From positions 46,731 through 110,730 of the forward strand of contig JAXLVP010000001.1 of the NCBI GenBank assembly GCA_046328905.1: 64,000 bases of DNA, written 5' to 3'. Of the stretch, positions 46,368 through 55,664 are shown in pieces. The translations under genes were made by a program, and so were the position numbers. The notes beneath the pieces are model-generated. The model saw only the letters and a list, made by a program, of their open reading frames with translations, was not told the DNA's origin and ran no database searches. This stretch comes from Bdellovibrionota bacterium. GTDB lineage: Bacteria > Bdellovibrionota_C > UBA2361 > SZUA-149 > CAZDWZ01. Within the stretch, counting starts at the first letter, position 1; each line of letters begins with the position of its first letter.

Positions 46368-47528
46368 TTACGGGTGCTGCGGAATTTGTATGACGTCGCT
46401 CAGCTCTGTCGGCAGCCACCGTCCGAAATGATTCTGCAGTGTTCCCGTATGAACGAGATAATCAATAGATTGATTGATCATCGTCACAAGCTCCGGCCAG
46501 TCGTTCCGTACCGCGATGCAGCTATCTGAGAACTCGAGCACGGAATCCTTGTCTGCAAATGCCAGATCGAGCTCCTTCGGATGCAAACGCTTTTTAGAGA
46601 TCGCCATCGGTGCATTGCAGACGGTGAGATGAACCGGTCGCGCGATGCCTGAGAGCGTCGTTCGCTCGACGGCCTCGTCCACGCTATCACAGAGAACCAG
46701 GTCAGCGTCCGAGCGGCGAAGGGCGACGTTCGCGTACAGATGAGAGCGAGAGTTTTTCAACACTGCGATTGAATAGTCGTGTTTGAGCAGGTCTGCCTGA
46801 GTGAGCGGCGCAGGCAGCTTGGCAAGCTGCGGTGCGTTTCGCTTTCGAACCAGGGCGGCCATACCCATTCGGCAGAACGGAGCACTTACGAAGCCTGGAG
46901 AAGTGCCGGGCCGCACGTTCTTCGGTCCATAGACGTCGATCTCATGATTCCTGAGCTTCTCCGGATATTCCGCGTAAGACACCTCGACCGTTTCGATCTT
47001 GCAGCGGAGAGTCATGCCGAGCAGATCACAAAAGTTTGGAAAGAATCCTCCCTTGCCGTTCGCACTGCTGTCCTCGAGTAGCACGTCGAGATAGCTGTTC
47101 AACCCCATACGCAGCGGTTTGCCGCGGAGCAGATCTTGGATGTTGCGGGGTTTCGCCTCCGCATGAACGATCGATCGGATCGCATCGGTGAATCCCTGCA
47201 TGTCGAGCTTCACGGACAGAAATCCGGAATCCTGATCCGCTTTACCGATGCGGGCGCCGCGTTCGTATGGCCAGTCATCCTTTACTCGTGCGGCTTCGAA
47301 CAGTGTTTGTGCGTCGTCGAGCTCGAAATTGAGAGCGAGCAGAATGAGTATCGGTCTCCCCGGAATTCGACCGTAGCGACCGATGTGACTGAGGTAAGAG
47401 GGAGAGACGCCGCAGCGCCGAGCGAGCTCATCAAGACCCGCGAAATGCTTCTTCCGCCAGATCTCGAAGTAACGGTTGAACTGCACTCGTAACTCAGGAG
47501 AACACTCGAAAGCCGGTCGATTGCTCAT
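46368..47528 (-). CDS. one-component regulator: N-terminal XRE-type HTH fused to periplasmic-binding-protein (type 2)-like ligand-binding domain
   Basis: HTH ELARRCGVSPSYLSHIGRYGRIP. Remainder has PBP2-like alternating beta-alpha pattern. Assignment partly by fold-pattern recollection. Confidence 0.5.
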   Translation of the reverse strand: MSNRPAFECSPELRVQFNRYFEIWRKKHFAGLDELARRCGVSPSYLSHIGRYGRIPGRPILILLALNFELDDAQTLFEAARVKDDWPYERGARIGKADQDSGFLSVKLDMQGFTDAIRSIVHAEAKPRNIQDLLRGKPLRMGLNSYLDVLLEDSSANGKGGFFPNFCDLLGMTLRCKIETVEVSYAEYPEKLRNHEIDVYGPKNVRPGTSPGFVSAPFCRMGMAALVRKRNAPQLAKLPAPLTQADLLKHDYSIAVLKNSRSHLYANVALRRSDADLVLCDSVDEAVERTTLSGIARPVHLTVCNAPMAISKKRLHPKELDLAFADKDSVLEFSDSCIAVRNDWPELVTMINQSIDYLVHTGTLQNHFGRWLPTELSDVIQIPQHP

Positions 47529-47758
47529 AGCAGCTCCTTTAACTCAGTTCGGCACTGTATGTATTTTGTATCATCTGGTTTGGACTTAATCCACGGGCGG
47601 TCACGGAGAGTTTCGGTCGCGTGACGGTGTTGGGCTCTACCGTGTGAAAGTACGCATTCGGACGCATGATGTGAAATTCAGTATTGCAGTGCCGCACAAG
47701 ACGTTTTGAATAGCGTTCCGAGCCATGGTTATTCTGTTGAGAACGCACGGTATTTTCC

Positions 47759-48466
47759 TTGAGTGGGGATGACAGCATGGCACCAGGCACCCAAACACCG
47801 ACCCTCTTGAACAAGGCACATTCGCTGATGTTTCGCCGCTTGGAGCGGAAACGATGTTGGGTGCGTAAGCTTTCGGGGCTCGAGAACCGGTGCTTCACTG
47901 AGCACTGTCTCGATGTCGCGGATCTGCTCGCCAGGGAAGGATATGGGCCGCGTGTCATCGCAGCGTCGTTGCTTCGGTATTGCTCGAAAGATCGTCATCA
48001 CAACCCCGATGCGTGGGTGGAGTGGGAGTTCGACTCTGACGTAGCGAACCTTGTCTACTGGGTCTCCGACGAGGGCTCGCACCTCGCGCAGACCATTCGG
48101 GACAGCATGTTTCTTGCGAAGCTCGGCTCAGCGCCGCAGGCAGCGCTGTCGATCGTCGCGCTGGGGATTGTTTCGAACGTGAGCTCAATCGAGCTGCTCA
48201 CTCGGAGCGAAGTGGCGACGGGCTCGCTCAGTCGCTGCGGCTGGTGTCCTCTTGGAGAAGAGCTGGACTCGCGGCTCGAATTCCTCGAGCACTTCCTTGA
48301 CCTCTGTAACGGGAAAATTCCGAGCTCCCTACAGATCCGGCTGACAGACAAAATCGATCGGATGGCGGAGCTGGTTTCATGGGTTCGAGACCATGCCGGC
48401 GCTCAGGGAGACGGGGCAATTCGCTCAACGACAGAATATGCTCCTTCGCTCACAGTACGACGCTAA
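47759..48466 (+). CDS. hypothetical protein
   Basis: 235 aa ORF, no confident motif. Several Cys (CGWCP). Start uncertain. Confidence 0.35.
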   Translation: MSGDDSMAPGTQTPTLLNKAHSLMFRRLERKRCWVRKLSGLENRCFTEHCLDVADLLAREGYGPRVIAASLLRYCSKDRHHNPDAWVEWEFDSDVANLVYWVSDEGSHLAQTIRDSMFLAKLGSAPQAALSIVALGIVSNVSSIELLTRSEVATGSLSRCGWCPLGEELDSRLEFLEHFLDLCNGKIPSSLQIRLTDKIDRMAELVSWVRDHAGAQGDGAIRSTTEYAPSLTVRR

Positions 48467-48477
48467 AAACGCCTCGC

Positions 48478-50145
48478 CTACCGAGCGCGAAGGTTCATGA
48501 GCTCGCGCGCCGACTGCTCGAAGTTCGCTGAGACTCGTTTCCCGGCCAGCATACCGGCGATGTGTTGAACCCGCTCATCGTCGCTCAGCGATCGGAGGGA
48601 CGTCATCGTGCGTTCGCCGGATACGGATTTGGAGATCTGGAAGTGATTGTCGGCAAACGCCGCGATCTGCGGCGAGTGAGTGACGAGGATTACCTGCGAT
48701 CGCGCTGCGATCTGATGGAGCTTCTCGCCGACGATTTGCGCCACTGCTCCGCTGATCCCGGAATCGATTTCATCGAAAATCTGGGTGCCCGGGCCGGACT
48801 TTTCGTTGAGCACCGTTTTGACCACGAGGAGGATTCGCGAGAGCTCGCCGCCTGAAGCGACCTTGCTCAACGACCGAAGCGGTTCCCCGGGATTCGCGGC
48901 CAGCAGGAATTCGACTTTCTCGGCGCCGTGGGCACTGGAGCCTGCCTTCACCAGCGAAACCTCGAACTGCGCGTGCTTCATGCCGAGCGGTTGCAATGAT
49001 TCGATGATCTGCGCAGAGAGCTTCTTCCCAGCGGAAGCTCGTTTTTTCGAGAGAGCAATCTCGCATTTTTTCAGCACGGCCTCGGCTTCGGTTGCGCGGG
49101 CTCGAAGCTTGGTTTCGTCCAGCTCTCCGGACTCATACTGGCCGATTTCGCGCTCGAGGGATTCGAGGTAACGGACCAGCTCGGCTTCTATCTTCCCGTA
49201 TTTCCTCTCGAGCCGAGCGATCTCGGCAATCGTTTCACGGAGCACTTCCAGCCGCTCCGGATCCGCCTCGAGCCGCATGCCGTAATCGGAAAGCGCAATC
49301 TTTGCTTCGCTGAGCTGCACTGCTGCGGACTCGACCATTGCTGCGATCTCTGCGGTGGTCGAATCGTAGGTCAGAATGTGGTCGAGCACGCTGCTCAGAC
49401 TGCTGAGCTTCGCATCGATTCCGCCCTCCGAGTCCTCGAGAAGCTCGAGGGCTCGATTCACGTCGGCAGTTAGAGTCTCGACGCTTGCATACCGTTTGAG
49501 CTCAGCTTCGAGCTCTGCTCTGCGGCCGTCTCGGAGATCCGCCGCTTTGAGCTCTTCGCGCTCTGCGGTGATTCGTTGAAAATACTCCGCTCGCTGACCT
49601 TGGTCGCTCAAGAACGCCTCGAGCTGGCGCTTCGCATCTTGCCACGTGTGAAACGCTGAGCTGACCTCATCGCAAAGCTTCTGATGACCCCCATACTCGT
49701 CGAGCATGCTGCGATGCCGGTTCGGATCGAGCAGTGTTTGTTGCTGATGCTGACCGGTGATGTCGAGAAGATACGGGGCGAGGTTTTGAAGCATGCCGCT
49801 TGTGCTCAACCGCCCGTTGACCGAGATCTTGCTTTTTCCAGAGTTGTCGATCGCGCGGCGGATGAGAATCTCTTCCTCCTGCAGCAGCTCGTTGAGATCG
49901 TCGCTCTCGTCTTCGGAAGCGGGAGCAGGCTGAGAACGGAGAAAGAGGCCCTCCACCACGCAATGGTCAGCGCCGGTGCGGATGAGCTCCGCGGAGGCAC
50001 GCTTTCCAGTAAGCAGCTCGATTGCTTTCAAGATGATTGATTTCCCGGCACCCGTTTCCCCCGTCAGGACGTTGAGACCGGAGCGGAACTCGACTTCGAG
50101 CTCCTCGACAAGCGCGAGATTGTGGATGCGTAAAACAGACAACAT
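48478..50145 (-). CDS. recN: DNA repair protein RecN
   Basis: MLSVLRIHNLALVEELEVEFRSGLNVLTGETGAGKSIILKAI Walker A. Long coiled-coil. C-terminal SGGE signature and D-loop. Start at ATG 50145. Confidence 0.9.
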   Translation of the reverse strand: MLSVLRIHNLALVEELEVEFRSGLNVLTGETGAGKSIILKAIELLTGKRASAELIRTGADHCVVEGLFLRSQPAPASEDESDDLNELLQEEEILIRRAIDNSGKSKISVNGRLSTSGMLQNLAPYLLDITGQHQQQTLLDPNRHRSMLDEYGGHQKLCDEVSSAFHTWQDAKRQLEAFLSDQGQRAEYFQRITAEREELKAADLRDGRRAELEAELKRYASVETLTADVNRALELLEDSEGGIDAKLSSLSSVLDHILTYDSTTAEIAAMVESAAVQLSEAKIALSDYGMRLEADPERLEVLRETIAEIARLERKYGKIEAELVRYLESLEREIGQYESGELDETKLRARATEAEAVLKKCEIALSKKRASAGKKLSAQIIESLQPLGMKHAQFEVSLVKAGSSAHGAEKVEFLLAANPGEPLRSLSKVASGGELSRILLVVKTVLNEKSGPGTQIFDEIDSGISGAVAQIVGEKLHQIAARSQVILVTHSPQIAAFADNHFQISKSVSGERTMTSLRSLSDDERVQHIAGMLAGKRVSANFEQSARELMNLRAR

Positions 50146-50276
50146 AAAGCACCTCAGGAGGCTACGGTTCTCAGCTTGCGCAGCCCAAACTATGTTTCGC
50201 AAGGAAACCGCGACCCGTGCAAGAAAATTTGTAGAAACCCGGAATACCTTCGAAACGGGGGCTTGAGGAGGCGGTG

Positions 50277-50960
50277 TCAATGCCCTGCAAAGGGCTTACC
50301 GGCGATGGCCGAGGTGATCCTGCCTGGTACGGAAGTCACCCCGTCGTAAATTTCGTTCACTGTGTCTCGGGCGGGGTCGGGCAGTGCCTCCGTTACGTGG
50401 ACGGGTTGGTAACCCGCAAGCGCAAGCCCGGCGTTCCCTAGGAGGTAGAGAGCATACGGCGGGAAAACCACCACGGTGCCCACGTTTGCGATCGTTCGTC
50501 CGACCCCACCACCGTAAAACCAGCGATTGCCGAACTCGGAAAGTTGATCGTCCGCCGTTCCGTCCCGTGCTCGCTCTTCGGCATTGGCGACGATTTCTTT
50601 GAACGAGGGAGGGTTCGACTCGTCGAATGCGAGAGGACGTTTCTGAGTTGTTACATCAGGAGGCTGCCTCAGTGATGCCCGGGCATCCGGTGAAGCAGCG
50701 GGAAGTTCTCCGGCGCGAACGGGGGTATCGCCGATTTCGTGCTCTTCGACCTCGGATTGAGTGAGAAGGCTGCAGCCGCTCAACGAGACGCTGCTCACCG
50801 TCAGCAGGCATGCAGCAACAGTCCAGAAGCTTTGCAGCGTGGCGCAGAATTGGACCCCACGATTACGGCGTGCCAGATCTCGACGAGAGTGTGCGATCGA
50901 ACAAGAAGGGAACAGGAAATTCGTCCAAAGGCCTTGCAATGCGTCCCCCAAGTTGCGCAC
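50277..50960 (-). CDS. hypothetical (lipo)protein, start uncertain
   Basis: C-terminal two thirds of ORF 50277..51428 look coding (…LTVSSVSLSGCSLLTQ… lipobox-like, then soluble domain). The N-terminal part of the ORF overlaps nuoA in another frame, so it is not real. No ATG close to the signal segment; GTG 50960 or TTG candidates. Confidence 0.35.
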   Translation of the reverse strand: MRNLGDALQGLWTNFLFPSCSIAHSRRDLARRNRGVQFCATLQSFWTVAACLLTVSSVSLSGCSLLTQSEVEEHEIGDTPVRAGELPAASPDARASLRQPPDVTTQKRPLAFDESNPPSFKEIVANAEERARDGTADDQLSEFGNRWFYGGGVGRTIANVGTVVVFPPYALYLLGNAGLALAGYQPVHVTEALPDPARDTVNEIYDGVTSVPGRITSAIAGKPFAGH

Positions 50961-51025
50961 GCGCTCCAAACACCCGGCCAAGGAACGAGGGAGAAGCGGC
51001 ACCATGACGGCGGCCCGCTGTTCGA

Positions 51026-51382
51026 TCAGAGCCAGTTGAGCAGGCCCCGTCTCCAAACATACACCAAGCCGATCGAGAGCAGTAAGATGAAGGAAAGCAT
51101 GGCGTAGAACCCATACCATCCAAGCTCCTGGGCCTGCAGAGCCCACGGATAAAGGAAGACGATCTCGATATCGAAGAGAATGAAAATCATTGCGACGAGG
51201 TAGAACTTGACGCTGAATCGCTCGTTGGCGCTCCCTGTCGCCACCGTACCGCATTCGAATGGGTCGTCTTTTACCTCTGTGATCCGCTTCGGGCCAAGCG
51301 AGATTGAAAGCCCGAGCATTGTCACCACGAAGCCGGCCGCCAAAATGATGAGAACAAAAACAGGGATATACGTGTTGATCAT
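51026..51382 (-). CDS. nuoA: NADH-quinone oxidoreductase subunit A
   Basis: PFECG...KFYLVAMIFILFDIEIVFLYPWA is the NuoA/ND3 signature. Three TM helices. 119 aa. Confidence 0.75.
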   Translation of the reverse strand: MINTYIPVFVLIILAAGFVVTMLGLSISLGPKRITEVKDDPFECGTVATGSANERFSVKFYLVAMIFILFDIEIVFLYPWALQAQELGWYGFYAMLSFILLLSIGLVYVWRRGLLNWL

Positions 51383-51476
51383 TGCGAGGGACCGTCTCAA
51401 AAGGCCAATCTTGTGTGGCCCAAATCAAATATAGGTCAGTTCTACCGTGAGCTGCTCAGAAGCGGCAAGGAACAAA

Positions 51477-51550
51477 CGCGCCCAGCAGGACTCGAACCTG
51501 CAACCTACAGCTTAGAAGGCTGTTGCTCTATCCAATTGAGCTATGGGCGC
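51477..51550 (-). tRNA. tRNA-Arg (anticodon TCT)
   Basis: Reverse complement GCGCCCATAGCTCAATTGGATAGAGCAACAGCCTTCTAAGCTGTAGGTTGCAGGTTCGAGTCCTGCTGGGCGCG folds as cloverleaf. Anticodon loop CTTCTAA, T-loop TTCGAGT, 7-bp acceptor stem. Confidence 0.85.
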
Positions 51551-51936
51551 AAACTGTAGCAAAGCTTACCCGGCGCCTGACATTTTGCACCAGGACTAGT
51601 AACCTCCAGCTCGTAATAGTTCAAGCCCGATCCTGACAGGTGCAAACACTAAGCCTCCAAAAATTCTGTAATTTTTTTGCGCGAGGGGGGCAGAAAGAGG
51701 ATACTCTCCACCACCCAATTACCATAACGAAGTTGTAGGGAAAGACCGGCTGATCGACCACCTCCGGGTGATCTCAGGGATGCGCATCAGTGCGAATCGG
51801 GCGGAAACGGTTCAGAACCTGCAGATGCGTTCGATCGTTTCCGGGGTGAGCTCCCGGATGCTTGACGAGGCCGCAGCTGCAGGAAGTGATGATAGCTGGA
51901 TTGTTTCGAAGTAAACGGTGCTAGAAGGTTGGGAAT

Positions 51937-53649
51937 ATGAATCCGCAAGCGACAGACGAAACTTCCGAAAATGCGATCTTTGATCACAGTTACGAGATCA
52001 TTCGCGCAGTAGGGCGAGGTCGAAACAGTGTCGTCTATCAAGCGAGAAAGCTCGGCGGTGCGCCGACTGACATCGTTGCGCTCAAAGTTCTCGTTGGAAT
52101 GTCAAAAGCGCCTTCCGCCAACATCAAGCGAATGAAACGCGAAGCTCTCGCTATGCTCGCTTGCCGTCACGAAAATGTCATTCGGCTGAACGATTACGTA
52201 GCAGTGGGCGACCTGTGCTACCTTTCGATGGAATACGCTGAAAGGGGCGATCTCCGGATTCTCCTGGAGCAGCGAGGCGAAGCGCTGCCCGTGGATACCG
52301 CATTCAACCTGATCATCCAGACTCTCCGAGGCTTGGAAACGATCCATCGCGCTGGAGTCGTGCACCGCGATATCAAGCCCGAAAATTTGCTGCTCACCGA
52401 GCGGCAGGTGCTCAAGATCGCCGATTTCGGTGTCGCGCAGCTTCCAGTCCACGATCTTCAAGTTGATACCGCCAGTCTCGGCGTGGGGACCTTCGATTAT
52501 CTTGCGCCAGAGGTGTTGACCGGCGGCCATGCGGACGACCGTGCGGATCTCTATTCGGCAGCGGTTACACTTTACCAACTCCTGACCAATCACCTACCGT
52601 TCGAGGGCAGCTCTCTTTCGTTGCAGATCGAACACAAGATGGCGGGGCTGAGCGTTCCGCTCGAGACATACATCGAGAACCCGCCCGCGGGACTGCAAGA
52701 GCTGCTTGCGAAAGCGCTCGCAAACGATCCCAACGAGCGCTTTCACAGCGCGACGGAATTCTGCGCAGCGCTCGAATCCTTTCAGGCGGGGACCTGGGAG
52801 CCGGGCCCGCGCCGCAGCTTCTCCGGTGGAACGAGCCATACGGACCTTCGATCGGTAACAGTGAAAGACAACCTCAGCGACCTGTTGGACTCGGAGTCGC
52901 GTCGAGAGAGCCTCCTCGCTCATGATGTTGTGGACAACGAGGGACTCGAATATCACCCTGCTCCACGTCGGGGACTCCGGTATTTATTGACTTTTTTTGC
53001 GGCCGCGTGTGTCGCTGCCCTGGCATTCGTCTTCATGCCTTCCGGATTTTTGCCGGAACGCAAGCAAGATCATCGTCCCGACTCCTCCAATCATGCGACG
53101 GATGTGGTAACATCGCCGTCGGTGCCGGACGTGCAGCAGGTTCCTCCGTCAGAACCTGACGTGATGCAGAACGAGCCGCTTATCCCTCCGGCTGACGCTC
53201 CTTCGAGCGTGACAGCTGAGAAAGCTCCGACGGGCGAGGAACCGGCAGAGCAAGTAGCTCGTGCCGACAAGGCGGATCAAAGTGAAACACGAGCGATGCT
53301 TTCTCCGGAGAGCGCGCCTCAAGATGCTCCGAGCGATGCGCAACAAGGTGTGCTCGGAGTTGAGCGAAGCGGCGTGATCTCACATCTGTTCTCGGACGGG
53401 TCCGATGTTCAGATTGCGACGACTCCGGCAAGGAGCGACCGCGTGGTCATCGCGCTTGGGCTGATCGGCTGGCAACCAGTGGAAGTGAAGACAAGCGATC
53501 TCCTCGCCAACCGTGAGGTGACGGTGATCGGATCCGGAATGAAGTTGCAGCTGGTTGTGGATCCAGCGGATACTGACGAAGAGCATGTCTTAGGTGGTAG
53601 TTACAAAGAGCTCATCTCAGGTCGAGAAGGCCACTGGAAGATCTTCTAG
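51937..53649 (+). CDS. membrane-anchored serine/threonine protein kinase
   Basis: Hanks kinase motifs: G-loop VGRGRNSVVY, VALK, HRDIKPENLLL, DFG, APE. One TM (YLLTFFAAACVAALAFVF), extracellular C-terminal domain. Confidence 0.85.
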   Translation: MNPQATDETSENAIFDHSYEIIRAVGRGRNSVVYQARKLGGAPTDIVALKVLVGMSKAPSANIKRMKREALAMLACRHENVIRLNDYVAVGDLCYLSMEYAERGDLRILLEQRGEALPVDTAFNLIIQTLRGLETIHRAGVVHRDIKPENLLLTERQVLKIADFGVAQLPVHDLQVDTASLGVGTFDYLAPEVLTGGHADDRADLYSAAVTLYQLLTNHLPFEGSSLSLQIEHKMAGLSVPLETYIENPPAGLQELLAKALANDPNERFHSATEFCAALESFQAGTWEPGPRRSFSGGTSHTDLRSVTVKDNLSDLLDSESRRESLLAHDVVDNEGLEYHPAPRRGLRYLLTFFAAACVAALAFVFMPSGFLPERKQDHRPDSSNHATDVVTSPSVPDVQQVPPSEPDVMQNEPLIPPADAPSSVTAEKAPTGEEPAEQVARADKADQSETRAMLSPESAPQDAPSDAQQGVLGVERSGVISHLFSDGSDVQIATTPARSDRVVIALGLIGWQPVEVKTSDLLANREVTVIGSGMKLQLVVDPADTDEEHVLGGSYKELISGREGHWKIF

Positions 53650-54148
53650 GCGATCGCGGCCGCGACGGCCGCGTGTCATTTTTTCACGTCGTATTCTATC
53701 CTTTGTCGCCGGGTTCCTCGTCGCCTCGATGTTCGTCATGTATGGGGCGCCGGCTGACGCCGACGAAACTTTCGAACAGGAAGTCCACTTCAATTTCACT
53801 CCCGGCCTGACCGGCGAGCTCGAGCTCAACCATCCCGATCTGCACATCGAGCGCGTTCGCGCGCTTCTCACTATCGACGACCGGCTCTTGGTAATTCCAC
53901 TGCAGTCGCTCGGAAGCGGAAAATTTCGCGGCGTGTTTCCGACGCCCTCCAAGCAGTTCCGCTATCAGTATCAGTTCTTTCGCGACAACCACGAGGTATC
54001 GCTGAGCAACCGGTATTCCGTCGAGCAGGGTTGCGGCCCCGACTTCGAAGCGCGGGGCGCTGTGGGAGAAGCGATAGAGCTCGATCAAGAGATCGAGCGA
54101 CTGCGGGCTTCGGAGAAGCTCGTGGCAGGTCTACGGGGGATCCAATGA
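53594..54148 (+). CDS. hypothetical secreted protein (possible Tat-type signal SRRILSF)
   Basis: Signal-like SRRSRPRRPRVIFSRRILSFVAGFLVASMFVMYGAPADA. Start at 53594 would overlap kinase 3' end by 56 nt; start uncertain. Confidence 0.4.
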   Translation: MVVTKSSSQVEKATGRSSRRSRPRRPRVIFSRRILSFVAGFLVASMFVMYGAPADADETFEQEVHFNFTPGLTGELELNHPDLHIERVRALLTIDDRLLVIPLQSLGSGKFRGVFPTPSKQFRYQYQFFRDNHEVSLSNRYSVEQGCGPDFEARGAVGEAIELDQEIERLRASEKLVAGLRGIQ

Positions 54149-54786
54149 ACCGATCTCTTCGACGAACATTCTGCATGCTGATTATCCCAGTGAGCATTGC
54201 CGTGGCAGGCTCTTCGGCGTTTGCAGGCCAAAGCAGCAATCTGTTCCGAGTGGAGCTCGAACACGCGGTCGAGCGGGCGAGCGCGCTCGTGTTCGCGGAG
54301 CACCATGTGCTCATCTCTCCCGCGCATCTCGAGAAACAGAGCGGCGGTAAAATAGCTGCTGAAGTCCTGCTCACGCCCGATCCACTCTTCCAACGGCGCT
54401 TCATAACCGTCGTCGGAGTTGGAAAGGGTGCTGTGCGCACCTACACCAACGTGCAGGAAGCATCCGACCATAACGGAGATGAAAACATCACCGCATTCTG
54501 CTCGGAAAGCCCTCGGCGTGCGGCGCATGAACAGTTACCGTTGCTCAAACCCACCGCGGTGTCCGATCTGGTTCAGGTCAGGAAGCGCAAGCGCGACGTG
54601 CTTGCTGAGCGGCTTCGTTCCGAGCTTACGCCAAGCGTGCTGGAAACGTTGCGGGCGGCGGAAGAAGCGTACGGCCTGGGTGGGTCTCCGGAGCTCGCAC
54701 AGGACATGCCGATGGACGAGCTGCTTCGGCGCTTAGAGGCAATTCAGTCGATGGCACAGAACCGGCTGGCTCGCAAAAGAGAGTAG
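54145..54786 (+). CDS. hypothetical secreted protein
   Basis: MNRSLRRTFCMLIIPVSIAVAGSSAFAGQ signal peptide. ATGA overlap with previous gene. No motif recognised. Confidence 0.45.
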   Translation: MNRSLRRTFCMLIIPVSIAVAGSSAFAGQSSNLFRVELEHAVERASALVFAEHHVLISPAHLEKQSGGKIAAEVLLTPDPLFQRRFITVVGVGKGAVRTYTNVQEASDHNGDENITAFCSESPRRAAHEQLPLLKPTAVSDLVQVRKRKRDVLAERLRSELTPSVLETLRAAEEAYGLGGSPELAQDMPMDELLRRLEAIQSMAQNRLARKRE

Positions 54787-54807
54787 CAGGCCATCTATTG
54801 CGCCTCC

Positions 54808-55551
54808 TCAGCTCCGCTCAGCCTTCGTGCGTCGGTCGAGTAAATCGGTAATCGCCTTTCGCACATCGTCGATGCTTTCGAGGCTTCGAGGGAAGCGGAG
54901 CTCCGCTCTCCGTTCCGATTTGCCGTCGGAGAACGCGAGCACGAACCCGTTCTTGTGCACGGCGATCATTTTCACGAGGTGCTCCTCCGGGTTCAAGGAT
55001 ACATACGCCTGGGCGCATCTGATGAGTGCCTCCGGCTCGTTTTGATTCATGCGAGCTATTATATCGGCGCTGCGGTACGCTATCGGATCCAAGCTCGTTT
55101 CGCTGAACCTTTGTCTGTCGATCCAGCGTATGTCGCCGAAGCCTCCGATCCACCTGAGGTGTTGCCAGTTCAATCGGAAAAATTCGAAGTCGTGCGAGAT
55201 TCCGCGTGCGGCGGAAGCGGGAAATCTTTCAAAGTAGCTCTGCTCAGCGGTGGAGCGTTCGGCGTCGGGGAGCTGAGAAAAGATCCCCATCACGGTAGCT
55301 CTGCGTCCCGCCTGTGCATCCCCAAACTGCGGGCCGTCCGATACGAACAAGCTTGCGCGCGGATCTTTGAGAAGGTTGCGGTAGTGTTCGGAAATTCGGG
55401 AATCGAAAATAACGGGCTCGAGCTGTTCGGTGATGTCATACGGTGTGAGCGACGCGAAGGGATACCCGTCGTGAGATGCCGAGATGGTAGAGAGCACAGC
55501 ATCACGCTGCTGGCAGACGAAATCGATGATGGTTTGCGGTGAGGCTGACAT
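54808..55551 (-). CDS. pyridoxamine 5'-phosphate oxidase-like FMN-binding fold protein with C-terminal DUF2470-like domain
   Basis: N-terminal split-barrel pattern (…AVLSTISASHDGYPFASLTPYDI…DPRASLFVSDG…). Family assignment from pattern recollection. Confidence 0.5.
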   Translation of the reverse strand: MSASPQTIIDFVCQQRDAVLSTISASHDGYPFASLTPYDITEQLEPVIFDSRISEHYRNLLKDPRASLFVSDGPQFGDAQAGRRATVMGIFSQLPDAERSTAEQSYFERFPASAARGISHDFEFFRLNWQHLRWIGGFGDIRWIDRQRFSETSLDPIAYRSADIIARMNQNEPEALIRCAQAYVSLNPEEHLVKMIAVHKNGFVLAFSDGKSERRAELRFPRSLESIDDVRKAITDLLDRRTKAERS

Positions 55552-55664
55552 TCCGGCTCCTCCGGCGGGGCCTTCTCCGAGACGAGACGGCCGAAGTTGA
55601 AGTTCTGGCGCTTTTGGATATGATGGCCCGCAATTTTAGAGCAAATTCGCGGTTAGGGAAACGG

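Noticed and set aside
54955-55542. 195-aa plus-strand ORF
   Set aside because: Antisense to the PNPOx-like gene. The minus-strand frame has the recognisable split-barrel pattern.
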